Positions 1-9,013 of a stretch of 56,304 nucleotides of DNA are shown here, piece after piece. Source of the stretch: a virus (taxonomy: Duplodnaviria; Caudoviricetes); IMG/VR virus record IMGVR_UViG_3300027972_000013, positions 1 through 56,304 of that record, one strand, 5' to 3'. The notes beneath the pieces are model-generated. The model saw only the letters and a list, made by a program, of their open reading frames with translations, was not told where the DNA came from and made no database searches. Position numbers and translations under genes: made by a program. Position 1 is the stretch's first letter. Each line of letters opens with the position of its first letter.

Positions 1-295
1 TGTACGTCACCGTGATGTCGCCGCCCGCCCCGCTGAAGTCAGCATAGAGCCCCGTATCGCACTGCGCGTCGAAGATGAGCGTCGTGCTCATCACGTTCAC
101 GACAGCCGTGGGCGTGAGGTCAATGATTGCGATCACGTTTCCCGCCGCTGCCGGGTTGTCGTACACGGTCACGACGCACGCTCCGGTATCGAGGCGGTTG
201 ATGGTGATCGTGTGCAACACGCACGGCCCGGCTGACACCTGCGTACTGTCAGCGCAGTGCTTGTATCTCCAAGGGAAGTCCATTACAGACTGCAT
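1..295 (-). CDS. small beta-rich head-region protein (module B), truncated at window edge
   Basis: Open frame read manually from ATG 295 (MQSVMDFPWRYKHCADSTQVSAGPCVLHTITIN...TVYDN...GDITVTY) with SD GGAGG, directly after MuF gene; no stop before the edge. Confidence 0.55.
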   Translation of the reverse strand, partial: MQSVMDFPWRYKHCADSTQVSAGPCVLHTITINRLDTGACVVTVYDNPAAAGNVIAIIDLTPTAVVNVMSTTLIFDAQCDTGLYADFSGAGGDITVTY

Positions 296-1113
296 TACTC
301 CTCCTCTTTGACGCGGTAGATCGTGGCGTGTCGGCAACCGACGTGAAGCGGGGCCGTCTGCTCGCCGCCTGGGAACTCCTCATCCGTGTCAATCCAGCCC
401 ATGTCCATGGCGTCGCGGCAGATGTCCGAGGTGAGATCGTCGTCCGGGCCGGTGATCGCTTTCTCCATGGTGATGCCCGCTTTCTCGATCTCGCCAACGA
501 GGCGCGACTGGCCCTCTTCGTAGGCCATGGCGTTCTCTTGGACGGCGACAAGCTCGGCCCGCTGCGTCGTGAACCCGTCGAACGTGTCGCGGATCTCACG
601 GGCGATGGAGCCGTAGTCGCGCCCCTCGTCAATCCCCCGTGTGATGAGGCCACGCATCTCTATCTGTGTCGCCTCGTTGATCTTCGTGACTTCCTTTGCG
701 GCGTTGTCGCGTGCCCACTTCGTAGCCTGCTCGGGCTTCAACTTGAACGACGTCTCTAGGCCGAAGTCGGATGCGAGGCCCTGATATCCGCCCGTGATCC
801 CGTCGAACATGGACTCAAACAGCGCCTTCTCTGCCTGCTTGCGTGTCGTCGAGAACACGTCAGCGAAGGCGTCTGCGAGGTCGCCGTCGTATGCCGCCTC
901 GGTGACTTCGTTCGAGACGAATAGCTTGGCAATCTTCGGTAGGCGTGCGAGGTATGCGCGTCCCTGCTTAGCGAAGATGCTAGCAAACGCTTTCCGCGTG
1001 CGCTCGGTGGCGGCGTTGCGTGCGCGGTTACGTTCCGCCCGTGAGAGCTTCGTCGCCTCGCGGAAGACGGCTAGCGCGGAGTCACGAAGTAGAGACGAAG
1101 ACGCCACGGACAT
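295..1113 (-). CDS. minor head morphogenesis protein (MuF/SPP1 gp7 family), module B
   Basis: INEATQIEMRGLITRGIDEG, RAELVAVQE and C-terminal C..PLHVGCRH motifs; downstream of portal. Confidence 0.8.
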   Translation of the reverse strand: MSVASSSLLRDSALAVFREATKLSRAERNRARNAATERTRKAFASIFAKQGRAYLARLPKIAKLFVSNEVTEAAYDGDLADAFADVFSTTRKQAEKALFESMFDGITGGYQGLASDFGLETSFKLKPEQATKWARDNAAKEVTKINEATQIEMRGLITRGIDEGRDYGSIAREIRDTFDGFTTQRAELVAVQENAMAYEEGQSRLVGEIEKAGITMEKAITGPDDDLTSDICRDAMDMGWIDTDEEFPGGEQTAPLHVGCRHATIYRVKEEE

Positions 1114-1250
1114 CCTTGCCCTCCTGATGCAGCGCCGCACTCAGCGCGTAGTTGACGACAGCGATCCCGACGACAAGAGCAAGCACCTTCGTGCCGACCT
1201 GGCAGTCACGCGAGCCTTGGTCGCTCTGCGTCGTGAGGAAGATGCGCAGG

Positions 1251-1724
1251 CTATTCCGCAACGTGGCCTCCCTCTACCCATTCGACAACCTGCAAGATGA
1301 GCCACCGTTGCTCGCCTGTGAATCCGTGGCGGGAGAATTGGTATTCAAGGCCGTCTCGCAGCGTAGTGTTGCCGTACACATCGGATGCGGCCTTCCAGTC
1401 TAACACCATCTCGATAATGTCGAGCCATCCCATGCGCTCTGTCTTACCGTGGTGCTCAGGGTGGTGACTGTTCTCCGCGAAATGATGCGCGATGCACGGA
1501 GCGGTACGCATTGCGGCCTCATAGTCCGGGGATCCGATAGGATTCTCCCTAGCCACGTGATGAATCTCTACGAACCCACTGAATTCATCTACGCCGAGTT
1601 TCGATTGATCGTGGAAGCGGGCACGCATCGCAAGTTCTCCGATGAGACGTTCAATGTTACCTTCAACGTGTTTCTGGTGTCTCAGCAAAGAAGCAAGCAC
1701 GATAGCTCCCTCATCAGTCCGCAA
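1251..1724 (-). CDS. HD-like protein (DUF5662-like), paralog of 24595-25059
   Basis: HDQSK...HH..ENSHHPEHH...DIIEMVLDW motif. Confidence 0.7.
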   Translation of the reverse strand: MRTDEGAIVLASLLRHQKHVEGNIERLIGELAMRARFHDQSKLGVDEFSGFVEIHHVARENPIGSPDYEAAMRTAPCIAHHFAENSHHPEHHGKTERMGWLDIIEMVLDWKAASDVYGNTTLRDGLEYQFSRHGFTGEQRWLILQVVEWVEGGHVAE

Positions 1725-3318
1725 CGCGCGCCTCCTGTAGCAGCGTCAAGAATGACTTCATCTCGCGCCGCAGGGCCTCCGTCTGTTGAACCGCCTCGGG
1801 CGGCACCTCTTCCTCGGGCGGGAACAGATCGGCCATGACTTCCTCCACCGAGTGCTCGCCGAGCGCGACAAGCAGTTGCCGTGTCGTGTACTCTGGATCG
1901 AGCGTCCCGGCGAATGTGCCAAGCCCGCCCATCGTTGCGGCCTTCACGATCGCGTCGACCGCTTCGGTGACGTCGCGCTCTACGATCCCAGGGAACGTGA
2001 TCGAGACGTGCGTGTCGAGTGGCTCGCCGGTCTCGGGATCGTCCGAGTAGACCCACTTCAGTTCGTCCCAATCGTCAAGGATCTCCTCGCCGCCGATGCC
2101 GTCCACCGTGCCCGCCCGCGCCTTCTGCTCGATCACGTAGGTGCAGACGTTCTCGAGGATCTCAGCCCATAGTCGCTGCCTGCCAAGCATCGCAAGCTCA
2201 GTCGGACGGTCCAGGCTCTTGGCCGTTGCGAGCGTCCCGACCTCGGCGTCCCCGAAGAACGTCTCAGGGAATCCCATCGCGGCGCAGACCATGAGCAGTA
2301 GCCGCCTGCCATCCTGCGGGGAAGTCGTCGCGCCTGACGTGCGGATAGGCTGTAGGTCCGCCGCGCCCGCTGTCTCGATGTGGACGCTACCAGCAGACGG
2401 CGCGGGGGTGTAGGTATCGCCGCCGGCCATGATGCCTGAGTCCAGCTTGCCCTTGACGAGCGCCCGCTGATCCGCGCCGCCCTTCGTGACGATCTTCCAG
2501 GCGAACCGTGCCAAGCTGCGGGTGATGGTTGCCCAGTTGGCCAGGAACTCGTTATAGGCACGTGCCCAGTCCTGCGCCGCGTAGACTTCCGAGAGGCCGA
2601 ATCGCTGGCCCGAGAGACGGTTGACGGCCACGTGGTAGACCGGGTGATCCCAGTCGATTGGCATGCCCTTGTAGCTCGGCGGGCGATTCCGTGGCGTGTA
2701 CTGCCAGTCGGGGTAGAGCTTGTCGGCCTCTGCGGCAGCGATCTCGCCAAGCAGTGACGAGCGGGGGATTCGCCGCCGCAGGTAGTACCACGGTTCCTTC
2801 GCGTCCTCGGGATTCGAGATCACGTCTTGGATCTCGTCGAAGGGGATAGCGCGGACACGGAGGTCGCCGACGCCGTTACGGAAGAAACACAAGAACAGGT
2901 TGCCGTCGATCTTGAGGTCGGCATTCTGGGAGGTCATGGCGCGGGGGGTAGTCAGCTCGCCACGGTTCAACTCGTCGCCGACGAATGCTTGCACGATCGC
3001 GTCGACCGTCTCTTGCTCCGCCTGGATCGTCACGCCCTGACCGAAGACATAGGCATTCTCTAGGTCGACGGCCCGCTTGACGATGGGGTTCTTCATGTAG
3101 AACAGGCGCGACTCTCGGGCAATGCGGCGCAAGGCGTCACGCGAGAACTCAAGATCCTGTGAGCCGTACAGCCGATCCCAGCCGCGCTCCTCTAGCTCGT
3201 ACTCAAGCTCGGTGATCTTCTCTTGGAAGTTGGCCTCGGTGATGGCGAGACTCTGCTCGGTGCGTTGCAGGCGTTCGGAAAGCTCAGACACGGACAACTC
3301 AAGTAAACGCTCGGTCAC
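1714..3318 (-). CDS. portal protein, module B
   Basis: 534 aa; SRLFYMKNPIVKRAVDLENAYVFGQGV, DGNLFL and GFPETFFGD..GTLATAKSLDRPT motifs; lies between TerL and MuF. Confidence 0.8.
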   Translation of the reverse strand: MTERLLELSVSELSERLQRTEQSLAITEANFQEKITELEYELEERGWDRLYGSQDLEFSRDALRRIARESRLFYMKNPIVKRAVDLENAYVFGQGVTIQAEQETVDAIVQAFVGDELNRGELTTPRAMTSQNADLKIDGNLFLCFFRNGVGDLRVRAIPFDEIQDVISNPEDAKEPWYYLRRRIPRSSLLGEIAAAEADKLYPDWQYTPRNRPPSYKGMPIDWDHPVYHVAVNRLSGQRFGLSEVYAAQDWARAYNEFLANWATITRSLARFAWKIVTKGGADQRALVKGKLDSGIMAGGDTYTPAPSAGSVHIETAGAADLQPIRTSGATTSPQDGRRLLLMVCAAMGFPETFFGDAEVGTLATAKSLDRPTELAMLGRQRLWAEILENVCTYVIEQKARAGTVDGIGGEEILDDWDELKWVYSDDPETGEPLDTHVSITFPGIVERDVTEAVDAIVKAATMGGLGTFAGTLDPEYTTRQLLVALGEHSVEEVMADLFPPEEEVPPEAVQQTEALRREMKSFLTLLQEARVAD

Positions 3319-3416
3319 AGCACCCTCCCCCTATGATGGGCCAGACCATGCCACGACTTGCCTAGCCCCGCCCTGCCAAGTCGGGTGACGCTAGGTAGAT
3401 TGGACTACAAGGACTG

Positions 3417-3452
3417 CAAAAGAGCAAGGCCGCAGGTTGCTAGTCTGCGGCC
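3417..3452 (-). terminator. intrinsic terminator upstream of portal B
   Basis: GGCCGCAG-N9-CTGCGGCC hairpin followed by TTGCTCTTTTG on minus strand. Confidence 0.65.
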
Positions 3453-3516
3453 CGTGCTGCGGTGTGCGTAGCGTGGAGGTTAGGCCACGACTGCTAAGGC
3501 GGAGGTGATGGTTGTC

Positions 3517-3630
3517 TTACCATCCCTTGAACAGCGCCGTCAGGAACATCCGTGCGGCTATGTAGATCGCCAGTGCGCCCACGATCACGACTCCGACTAC
3601 CGTCAGAAGGAGCACGAGATACCAGGGCAT
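3517..3630 (-). CDS. 37-aa single-TM hydrophobic peptide
   Basis: MPWYLVLLLTVVGVVIVGALAIYIAARMFLTALFKGW; SD GGAGG; ATG coupled to upstream TGA; below the ORF-track cutoff. Confidence 0.6.
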   Translation of the reverse strand: MPWYLVLLLTVVGVVIVGALAIYIAARMFLTALFKGW

Positions 3631-4034
3631 CACTCCTCCCTGTAGACGTGGATGACGACGCGCTCGCCCGGCTGAATGCTTGCCGGCGACGGTATGTGGA
3701 CGGTGCGCATCGTGTCAGTCAGCTCGTTCTCGACGCGGCGCAGGTGGAAGGTGACGAGCGGCGTCGGCGCGTGAATGTTCACGATGCGATCTTCCGTGAG
3801 GACGACCGTCGGGAGCGTCCCCGTGCTCGTCTGCGGCACGTCCGAGGCGGGCACGTGAACCACGTCACGCGCCGTCGTTGTCATCACGGAGCTCGTCGGC
3901 TCGCCGGTAAGCGTCTTGCCGTCGGCCTCTGCCGTCTCCATGAGATCCCGCAACTGCTCATCCTCGCTCGCTCGCTGCCGGATAGTCGGCGGCGTCGTCT
4001 TGACCTTCGATCTATCGTAGACTCCCTTGGGCAT
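3630..4034 (-). CDS. hypothetical protein
   Basis: 134-aa ORF with SD AGGAGG, MPKGVYDR start. Confidence 0.6.
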   Translation of the reverse strand: MPKGVYDRSKVKTTPPTIRQRASEDEQLRDLMETAEADGKTLTGEPTSSVMTTTARDVVHVPASDVPQTSTGTLPTVVLTEDRIVNIHAPTPLVTFHLRRVENELTDTMRTVHIPSPASIQPGERVVIHVYREE

Positions 4035-4042
4035 CAGACCTC

Positions 4043-4306
4043 CTATCTAACCCACATTCCCGTTTCGCGGTACAGCACGTGCGCCTTGTGCGCGGCCTTC
4101 CCGTGTGCCTTCTTCCGACTGCCGAGATAGCTCAGGTTCATCCGTCCGAGCTTCCGTTGGCGTAGTGCCTGTCTGTATCGAGGATCGTCACTGCCCCCCT
4201 GTTCCGCATCAAACGGATCGGGCACGAACGCCACTTCCCCAGCGATCACCCTGTCTAGCTCGTGGCGCAGGTCGACCGGCGCAGGCTCGTACTCGTGGTG
4301 CTTCAT
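4043..4306 (-). CDS. hypothetical protein
   Basis: ATG overlapping upstream stop (ATGA). Confidence 0.5.
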   Translation of the reverse strand: MKHHEYEPAPVDLRHELDRVIAGEVAFVPDPFDAEQGGSDDPRYRQALRQRKLGRMNLSYLGSRKKAHGKAAHKAHVLYRETGMWVR

Positions 4307-4572
4307 AGCTTCCGCCCGCACCGGGGACAGAATTCCGGCTCCTGGTGCATAAGGACAGTCCCCCCCGCCTGAAACCTAGAAGCCTCGTCAATCGTATAGA
4401 TGCTCTTCCCCCGCCACTTCTCGCAGCACTCGGAGACTTCCTCTTCCACCGTCACGCGGATGTGCTTGCCTTCACACCCATCAGGGAGCGTCAGATGCAT
4501 CCAATTCCCTTCCGGTGTGGATGAACGGGTGAATATAACGGGGTTCTCTTTTACACGTATCGTCTTCCACAT
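4303..4572 (-). CDS. hypothetical protein with C-terminal FCPxCG zinc motif
   Basis: CCEKW...EFCPRCGRKL; SD GGAGGT. Confidence 0.55.
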   Translation of the reverse strand: MWKTIRVKENPVIFTRSSTPEGNWMHLTLPDGCEGKHIRVTVEEEVSECCEKWRGKSIYTIDEASRFQAGGTVLMHQEPEFCPRCGRKL

Positions 4573-4635
4573 CTCAACCTCCATGGCGGGGCAGGGCACA
4601 GCAGCTTCCTACCCCGCCAGTACCCCGGAGAGGGG

Positions 4636-4791
4636 CTACCTTTTCTCACGCTCTAGGTACTGCTCGATCGCCTCGATCACGACGTAGGACAGCGAGCGGT
4701 CGCGTTTCTTGGCGAGAGCCTGCATCTTCTCAATGAGCTTCTCTTCCGTCTTCGCGCGGGGGACGTAGATCGTGAAGTTACTTGGGTTCAA
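4636..4791 (-). CDS. ribbon-helix-helix (CopG/Arc-like) DNA-binding protein
   Basis: FTIYVP...LAKKRDRSLSYVVIEAIEQYL; TTG start after AAGGGGG. Confidence 0.7.
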   Translation of the reverse strand: MNPSNFTIYVPRAKTEEKLIEKMQALAKKRDRSLSYVVIEAIEQYLEREKR

Positions 4792-5251
4792 CGCGGCCCC
4801 CTTTGCGGATAGCACGGATAGCGAAGGCCAAGATGAACAAGCCAACCCAGGCCCCGACGATACCAATCCACATCGCCCATGGTAGCCCTGTAGAATCCTT
4901 GCGCGACATGGTCAGTGCGTCATTCAGCGCCTTATCCTGCTCATCCACGTACACGCGGAGCGCCTTCGCGTTCTCGCTGATCCCCGCCTGCTTGCCCGTG
5001 ATCTCGTCCATGCGCTTCGACAGCGCAGCTACCGCGTCCTCGTTCCGGTTGACGCTCACGGCGAGCGCATCGGCCTGCGTAGTGACCCGCTGCACAACAG
5101 ACACGTCAAAGGGCTGCGATGGCACCGAGACCGGCTGTACGACCGTCTCATACGTCGTCGGGTAGACGTTCAGATCAGACGCCGGGTAGAGCACCGAGAC
5201 GAGCCCGATCACAGCGAGCCCGCCTAGCCAGATGAGCACGAATGCTTTCAT
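4778..5251 (-). CDS. membrane protein (two TM segments flanking a coiled coil)
   Basis: Hydrophobic N- and C-terminal stretches with a heptad-like middle. Confidence 0.6.
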   Translation of the reverse strand: MKAFVLIWLGGLAVIGLVSVLYPASDLNVYPTTYETVVQPVSVPSQPFDVSVVQRVTTQADALAVSVNRNEDAVAALSKRMDEITGKQAGISENAKALRVYVDEQDKALNDALTMSRKDSTGLPWAMWIGIVGAWVGLFILAFAIRAIRKGGRVEPK

Positions 5252-5451
5252 CGAACCTCCTTGAAATCGTCACATGAGTTTTCGTTCTCCACGAACGTCC
5301 CTGGCCGTAATGCGCAACATCTGTACATACCTGTGCGGAAGAAGACCCGTGCTCTCTGCCATTGCTGGTGGACGCAGAATTGACACATCCTCGGAGTACA
5401 TCCTTCCCTGCGCAGGAATTGGATCATCGCCTCGCGCACGGGATTGCTCAT
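5248..5451 (-). CDS. small Cys-rich hypothetical protein
   Basis: CQFC...CC...SCDDF; SD GGAGG. Confidence 0.5.
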   Translation of the reverse strand: MSNPVREAMIQFLRREGCTPRMCQFCVHQQWQRARVFFRTGMYRCCALRPGTFVENENSCDDFKEVR

Positions 5452-5614
5452 CTCGCCTCCTTGTCCTTCTCTTCACAGTATCGTTTCGTATCCTCGCTGC
5501 CAATAGGGCGCCGCTTCCGCTCACGGATGGAGAACCGTAGACGCTCGCTCTGTTGCAGAGTGTCGTCGTCCTTGCCTTGGTAGCGGCCCTTGTCGCCCCA
5601 CGTCGCCATGCCGT

Positions 5615-5857
5615 TCATAGACGCCCCTCCTTCCGCCTCGTGGCCGCGATGTGTGACCCTTCCGGTATCCGCGCCCGGACGAGCCGCCGAATGATGGCCC
5701 GCTCGATCTTGCGTGCGATCCTCTTCATAGCCTTGTAGTCCTTGCTGTAGACCACATCACAGACACAGTACGTGATGTCGTTTCTGGATGGGCGTTCGGG
5801 CCACAGGTTCACGAAGTTCATTGCGACGTTCTCTGCGGTTTGGCGTGGTATCTTCAT
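5615..5857 (-). CDS. hypothetical protein
   Basis: ATG overlaps upstream stop; compact operon. Confidence 0.45.
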   Translation of the reverse strand: MKIPRQTAENVAMNFVNLWPERPSRNDITYCVCDVVYSKDYKAMKRIARKIERAIIRRLVRARIPEGSHIAATRRKEGRL

Positions 5858-6078
5858 TCTGCCGCCTTTCCGTGACAGTTCTTGAACTTCTTCCCTGACC
5901 CGCAAATGCAAGGGTCATTGCGTCCCGGCTTCTTGATGTGGACCGGTTCCTTGCCGCTCGGACGCCACAGCGTGCGCTTGCCGACTTCGCTTTCGAGGTA
6001 GCGTTTCAGCCGCTTGTGCGTCTTCGTCCGTGTCCGTGTCGCGTCGCCGCGTTGGTTGGAGCGTTCGCCGCTCATCAT
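5854..6078 (-). CDS. SEC-C motif protein
   Basis: C-terminal [19 protein letters not shown]. Confidence 0.8.
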   Translation of the reverse strand: MMSGERSNQRGDATRTRTKTHKRLKRYLESEVGKRTLWRPSGKEPVHIKKPGRNDPCICGSGKKFKNCHGKAAE

Positions 6079-6099
6079 CTCCTCCTGTCGGTGATCCAG

Positions 6100-6522
6100 C
6101 TAGTGCGCTTCATTCGACATCGCGAGGACGAAGGCACGGGTCAGTTCACGCGGTGAGATGCGATTGAACAGTACTTCCTTCAACTCCCACGATGGATCGT
6201 CCGCCCATTCGTCTGCGCTGGATTGACGGGAGAACCATTCTGCGATGGCAAGCGTTCGTCCAGCCCACGTTGCATCGTCTAGTTTCTTGGCGTACAGGAC
6301 CAACTCCCACGCCGCCGCGATGTCGCGCGGGTAGTCGGGGACAAGGCGCAGCGCGTCCAGGGCCACGGCGACTGTGCTCTCTGCCGCGATACATCCGCCC
6401 TCATCCGGCATGCCCATGAACCGACGACCGTTTGCATTTTTGAACCATCTGAATCCCAGGATCTCCGCCGCCTTGACGCGCAGCTCATCGTCCGACAGCT
6501 TCATCACTTCGTCACGTGTCAT
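6100..6522 (-). CDS. phage protein, ABA-sandwich/BC1872-like
   Basis: ELRVKAAEILG...VPDYPRDIAAAWELV...PRELTRAFVLA pattern. Confidence 0.55.
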   Translation of the reverse strand: MTRDEVMKLSDDELRVKAAEILGFRWFKNANGRRFMGMPDEGGCIAAESTVAVALDALRLVPDYPRDIAAAWELVLYAKKLDDATWAGRTLAIAEWFSRQSSADEWADDPSWELKEVLFNRISPRELTRAFVLAMSNEAH

Positions 6523-6538
6523 CGCTCACCTCCGCCTG

Positions 6539-6567
6539 ACTCTACTCCTTTCCTGTACGATAGTCAA
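6539..6567 (-). promoter_or_regulatory. sigma70-like promoter downstream of TerL B
   Basis: TTGACT-17-TAGAGT followed by SD GGAGGTG and ATG 6522. Confidence 0.6.
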
Positions 6568-6626
6568 CCGTATGCGGGACGAACCTTGAATAACGCTCGG
6601 CTCTGTTCAACTTTCAGCCTCATCTC

Positions 6627-7919
6627 TTAGTACGGCGTGATGGCTTCATAGCCGTCATAGCTTGCATACTGCGGCTCGGTCGGCAATTCCAGCAGTAGCT
6701 CGGTCGCTGCCCACACTAGCGCGTCGAGTCTATCCGGCGAGTCGTCGTCCCCGGGCACCCATCCCGTGAGCTGATCCTCTAGCTCGGGGAACTCTCCGCA
6801 GTGGATGCCTAGCCCTTGCTCGTACAGCGCGGACACTGGCTCGGCGCGGACGGCCTTCCCTCTCGATGCGTGAACGTCCTTGTAGCTGACAAGGCGATCG
6901 TGCTGCCGGATGTTGGTCGCAACGAGGTCGCCGCCATTGTTCACTTCCCCGATGATCCGATCAGCGCCCCATCGTCGGTAGGCGTCGACCGCTGCCCATC
7001 CCCACTCGTGCGGCGTGTAGCGCCCCGACACGTCCTCGAGCACATAGAGCCGGTTGCCGAGCTTACCCGCGACCACGATCCCTGTCTCGTCTGACTTCTT
7101 CGACTTCGTCACGGCGGGGTCGACGGCGACCACGATGCGCTCCAGGTCAGGCGGCGCTTCCCCGCGCCTGATCCAGTCAGCCTTCCACAGCGCCCCTTCC
7201 GTGTCCGTGCCCCACAATCCAAGCAGGAACCGATCACGCTTGCGCTTCGATAGGCGACCGAGCACCGTCTCGATGTAGCCAGGCGGAAGGTTCGCCCTGT
7301 TGTCTTCGGGGTTCATCAGTAGGCTGGCGTAGTCGGACGGATCGGCAAGCGGCCCGCCGTCGTCTGGGCTGACGTGGTCGATCCACAGCTTGTGTGTCCA
7401 GTGTTTCGCGCGTGGCGGGTTCTCATCATAGTACGCTTTGAGTGTTAGCCCGGAATTCTCGGCAAGGCGCGTCCGTGCTGTCTCGACGGCGTCGTATGTG
7501 AGCTGGCTGCACTCGTTGAAGAAGATCGTCGAGTACTCGTGACCAAGGATCTTCTCGACGCGCTCCTTGTCGTCCAGCCCACCGATCCAAATCTCCGAGC
7601 CGTTGTGCGGGAACTCAAGCACGTAGTCGGTCTTATTCCAGTTGACCTCAAGGTCAGGCGCGACAAGCTCCAACACCTTCGGAAGCGTGTCCATCCAGAT
7701 CGAGGTCTTGACGTGGTTGAAGTGCAACCGCAGGATGAGGTGCCGCGACTTTCGATCAATCGCCCGGCACAGTAAAGCGTAGAGGGCGATAACGGTCTTC
7801 CCTGACCTAGACCCCCCATAGAGAAGGACTTGGGACGCCGAGCCGCCTAACAGGGCAATGGCTTCACGCTGGCGGGTAGTCTTAGAGAAGGCTCTTGTCT
7901 TCTTGGTCGAAGTGGACAT
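6627..7919 (-). CDS. terL: terminase large subunit B (PBSX/SPP1-like ATPase plus RNase H-like nuclease)
   Basis: Walker A YGGSRSGKT, Walker B IFFNECSQL, YDENPP, nuclease VAVDPA...SPDRLDA; start at ATG 7919 chosen, ORF is open from 8012. Confidence 0.9.
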   Translation of the reverse strand: MSTSTKKTRAFSKTTRQREAIALLGGSASQVLLYGGSRSGKTVIALYALLCRAIDRKSRHLILRLHFNHVKTSIWMDTLPKVLELVAPDLEVNWNKTDYVLEFPHNGSEIWIGGLDDKERVEKILGHEYSTIFFNECSQLTYDAVETARTRLAENSGLTLKAYYDENPPRAKHWTHKLWIDHVSPDDGGPLADPSDYASLLMNPEDNRANLPPGYIETVLGRLSKRKRDRFLLGLWGTDTEGALWKADWIRRGEAPPDLERIVVAVDPAVTKSKKSDETGIVVAGKLGNRLYVLEDVSGRYTPHEWGWAAVDAYRRWGADRIIGEVNNGGDLVATNIRQHDRLVSYKDVHASRGKAVRAEPVSALYEQGLGIHCGEFPELEDQLTGWVPGDDDSPDRLDALVWAATELLLELPTEPQYASYDGYEAITPY

Positions 7920-8310
7920 GGACGGAGCCGGAGTGCTCGATCTGCTGTTGGTCCTTCCAGCCATGATTGTTCTTGAGATCGAAGATGTAACCTGGCCCGT
8001 AGCCGTCTCCATCTAGCATGTGTTGGACCTTATTGGCCTCGCACCGTTGCTTGGCTGTCTTTACAGTTACAGAAAACTCAGGCTTGGCCTGATATTCCGA
8101 TAGGCCCTCCATGGTAAGATTGAGAGCCACAGCGAGTCCCTGGATCGTGTACGGCGCAGGGAAGCGAACGGTTACGACGCCTTCCTTTGTAACGATCTGC
8201 TTGACCCGAGAATCGCAGGCGGAGAAATAGGCGTCGATCTTGACCTGCATGTCGTCTGGAGTCTCGTACTTCACAGGTCTACCGCCTGGGTGTTTCTTAG
8301 GTTCGGGCAT
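7882..8310 (-). CDS. terS: terminase small subunit B (P22 gp3-like DNA-packaging protein)
   Basis: GRPVKYETPDDMQVKIDAYF...PYTIQGLAVAL...IFDLKNNHGWKD; immediately upstream of TerL B. Confidence 0.85.
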   Translation of the reverse strand: MPEPKKHPGGRPVKYETPDDMQVKIDAYFSACDSRVKQIVTKEGVVTVRFPAPYTIQGLAVALNLTMEGLSEYQAKPEFSVTVKTAKQRCEANKVQHMLDGDGYGPGYIFDLKNNHGWKDQQQIEHSGSVHVHFDQEDKSLL

Positions 8311-8317
8311 ATTTCAC

Positions 8318-9013
8318 CTATCCGATTGTATCACGTGTGAGAGGTTCCGTCTCCGCGATGGCGGCGGCGAGCCAGCAGTCGGGCATGTGGTCGAAGCTCT
8401 GATACCGCAGGCAGACGGGGCACGATAACGGCTCGTCGCCGTTATGGCTCTCAAGCCACTCGATCTCTCTGAGCCTTTCCAGCGGGACGAGGCGCATGGA
8501 CGAGGGCGCGATTCCAAGGTTGGCCCTGATCTCGTCAAGTGCGCCCTCCGACAATGGCGGCGGGACAACGTAGTCATTCCTGCCGGTGACGGGATCTTTT
8601 TGCAGCGAGGGCATGGACGAGGGTGAGCCGTCGCGTAACCGCCTTGCGTGCTTGACGTAGTCGGCTACGAACTGGACGAATGCCCTGAGCGCGGCGATCT
8701 GCCGGGCCTGGGCCGCGTTCTCGGCTTCGGCTGCCCGCCGCCCCTTCACGGCCTGGATGAGTGCCTTGTGTTCACCGTCGCGCATCTCGCGGACGAAGTT
8801 GACGCACCTCTCGGGGTTCATGTGAAACTCTGAGCCGAGTGGCGTCAGGCTGACGAGCGCGCGATTGAGAGTGTCGATAGTCGCATCCTTCTTTGCGTTC
8901 TCGGCGCGGAGGGCGGCGAGTTCGGCTGCCGCTGACGCCTTCACGGCGTGGTTGTCAATGTCGCGGTGATCCACTAGAGCGATGGCCTTCTCGATCCAGC
9001 CGGTATCGGTCAC
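8318..9013 (-). CDS. mosaic coiled-coil protein (Ead/Ea22-like), paralog of 52976-53746, C-terminal CxxC..H..DC
   Basis: AELAALRA and AQARQIAAL segments shared with 52976-53746; GTG start overlapping upstream TGA. Confidence 0.6.
   Translation of the reverse strand: MTDTGWIEKAIALVDHRDIDNHAVKASAAAELAALRAENAKKDATIDTLNRALVSLTPLGSEFHMNPERCVNFVREMRDGEHKALIQAVKGRRAAEAENAAQARQIAALRAFVQFVADYVKHARRLRDGSPSSMPSLQKDPVTGRNDYVVPPPLSEGALDEIRANLGIAPSSMRLVPLERLREIEWLESHNGDEPLSCPVCLRYQSFDHMPDCWLAAAIAETEPLTRDTIG
8492..8623. repeat. 132-bp repeat copy 1 (2 mismatches vs 53219-53350), bounded by 13-bp direct repeats
   Basis: GCATGGACGAGGG at 8494-8506 and 8611-8623. Confidence 0.95.
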
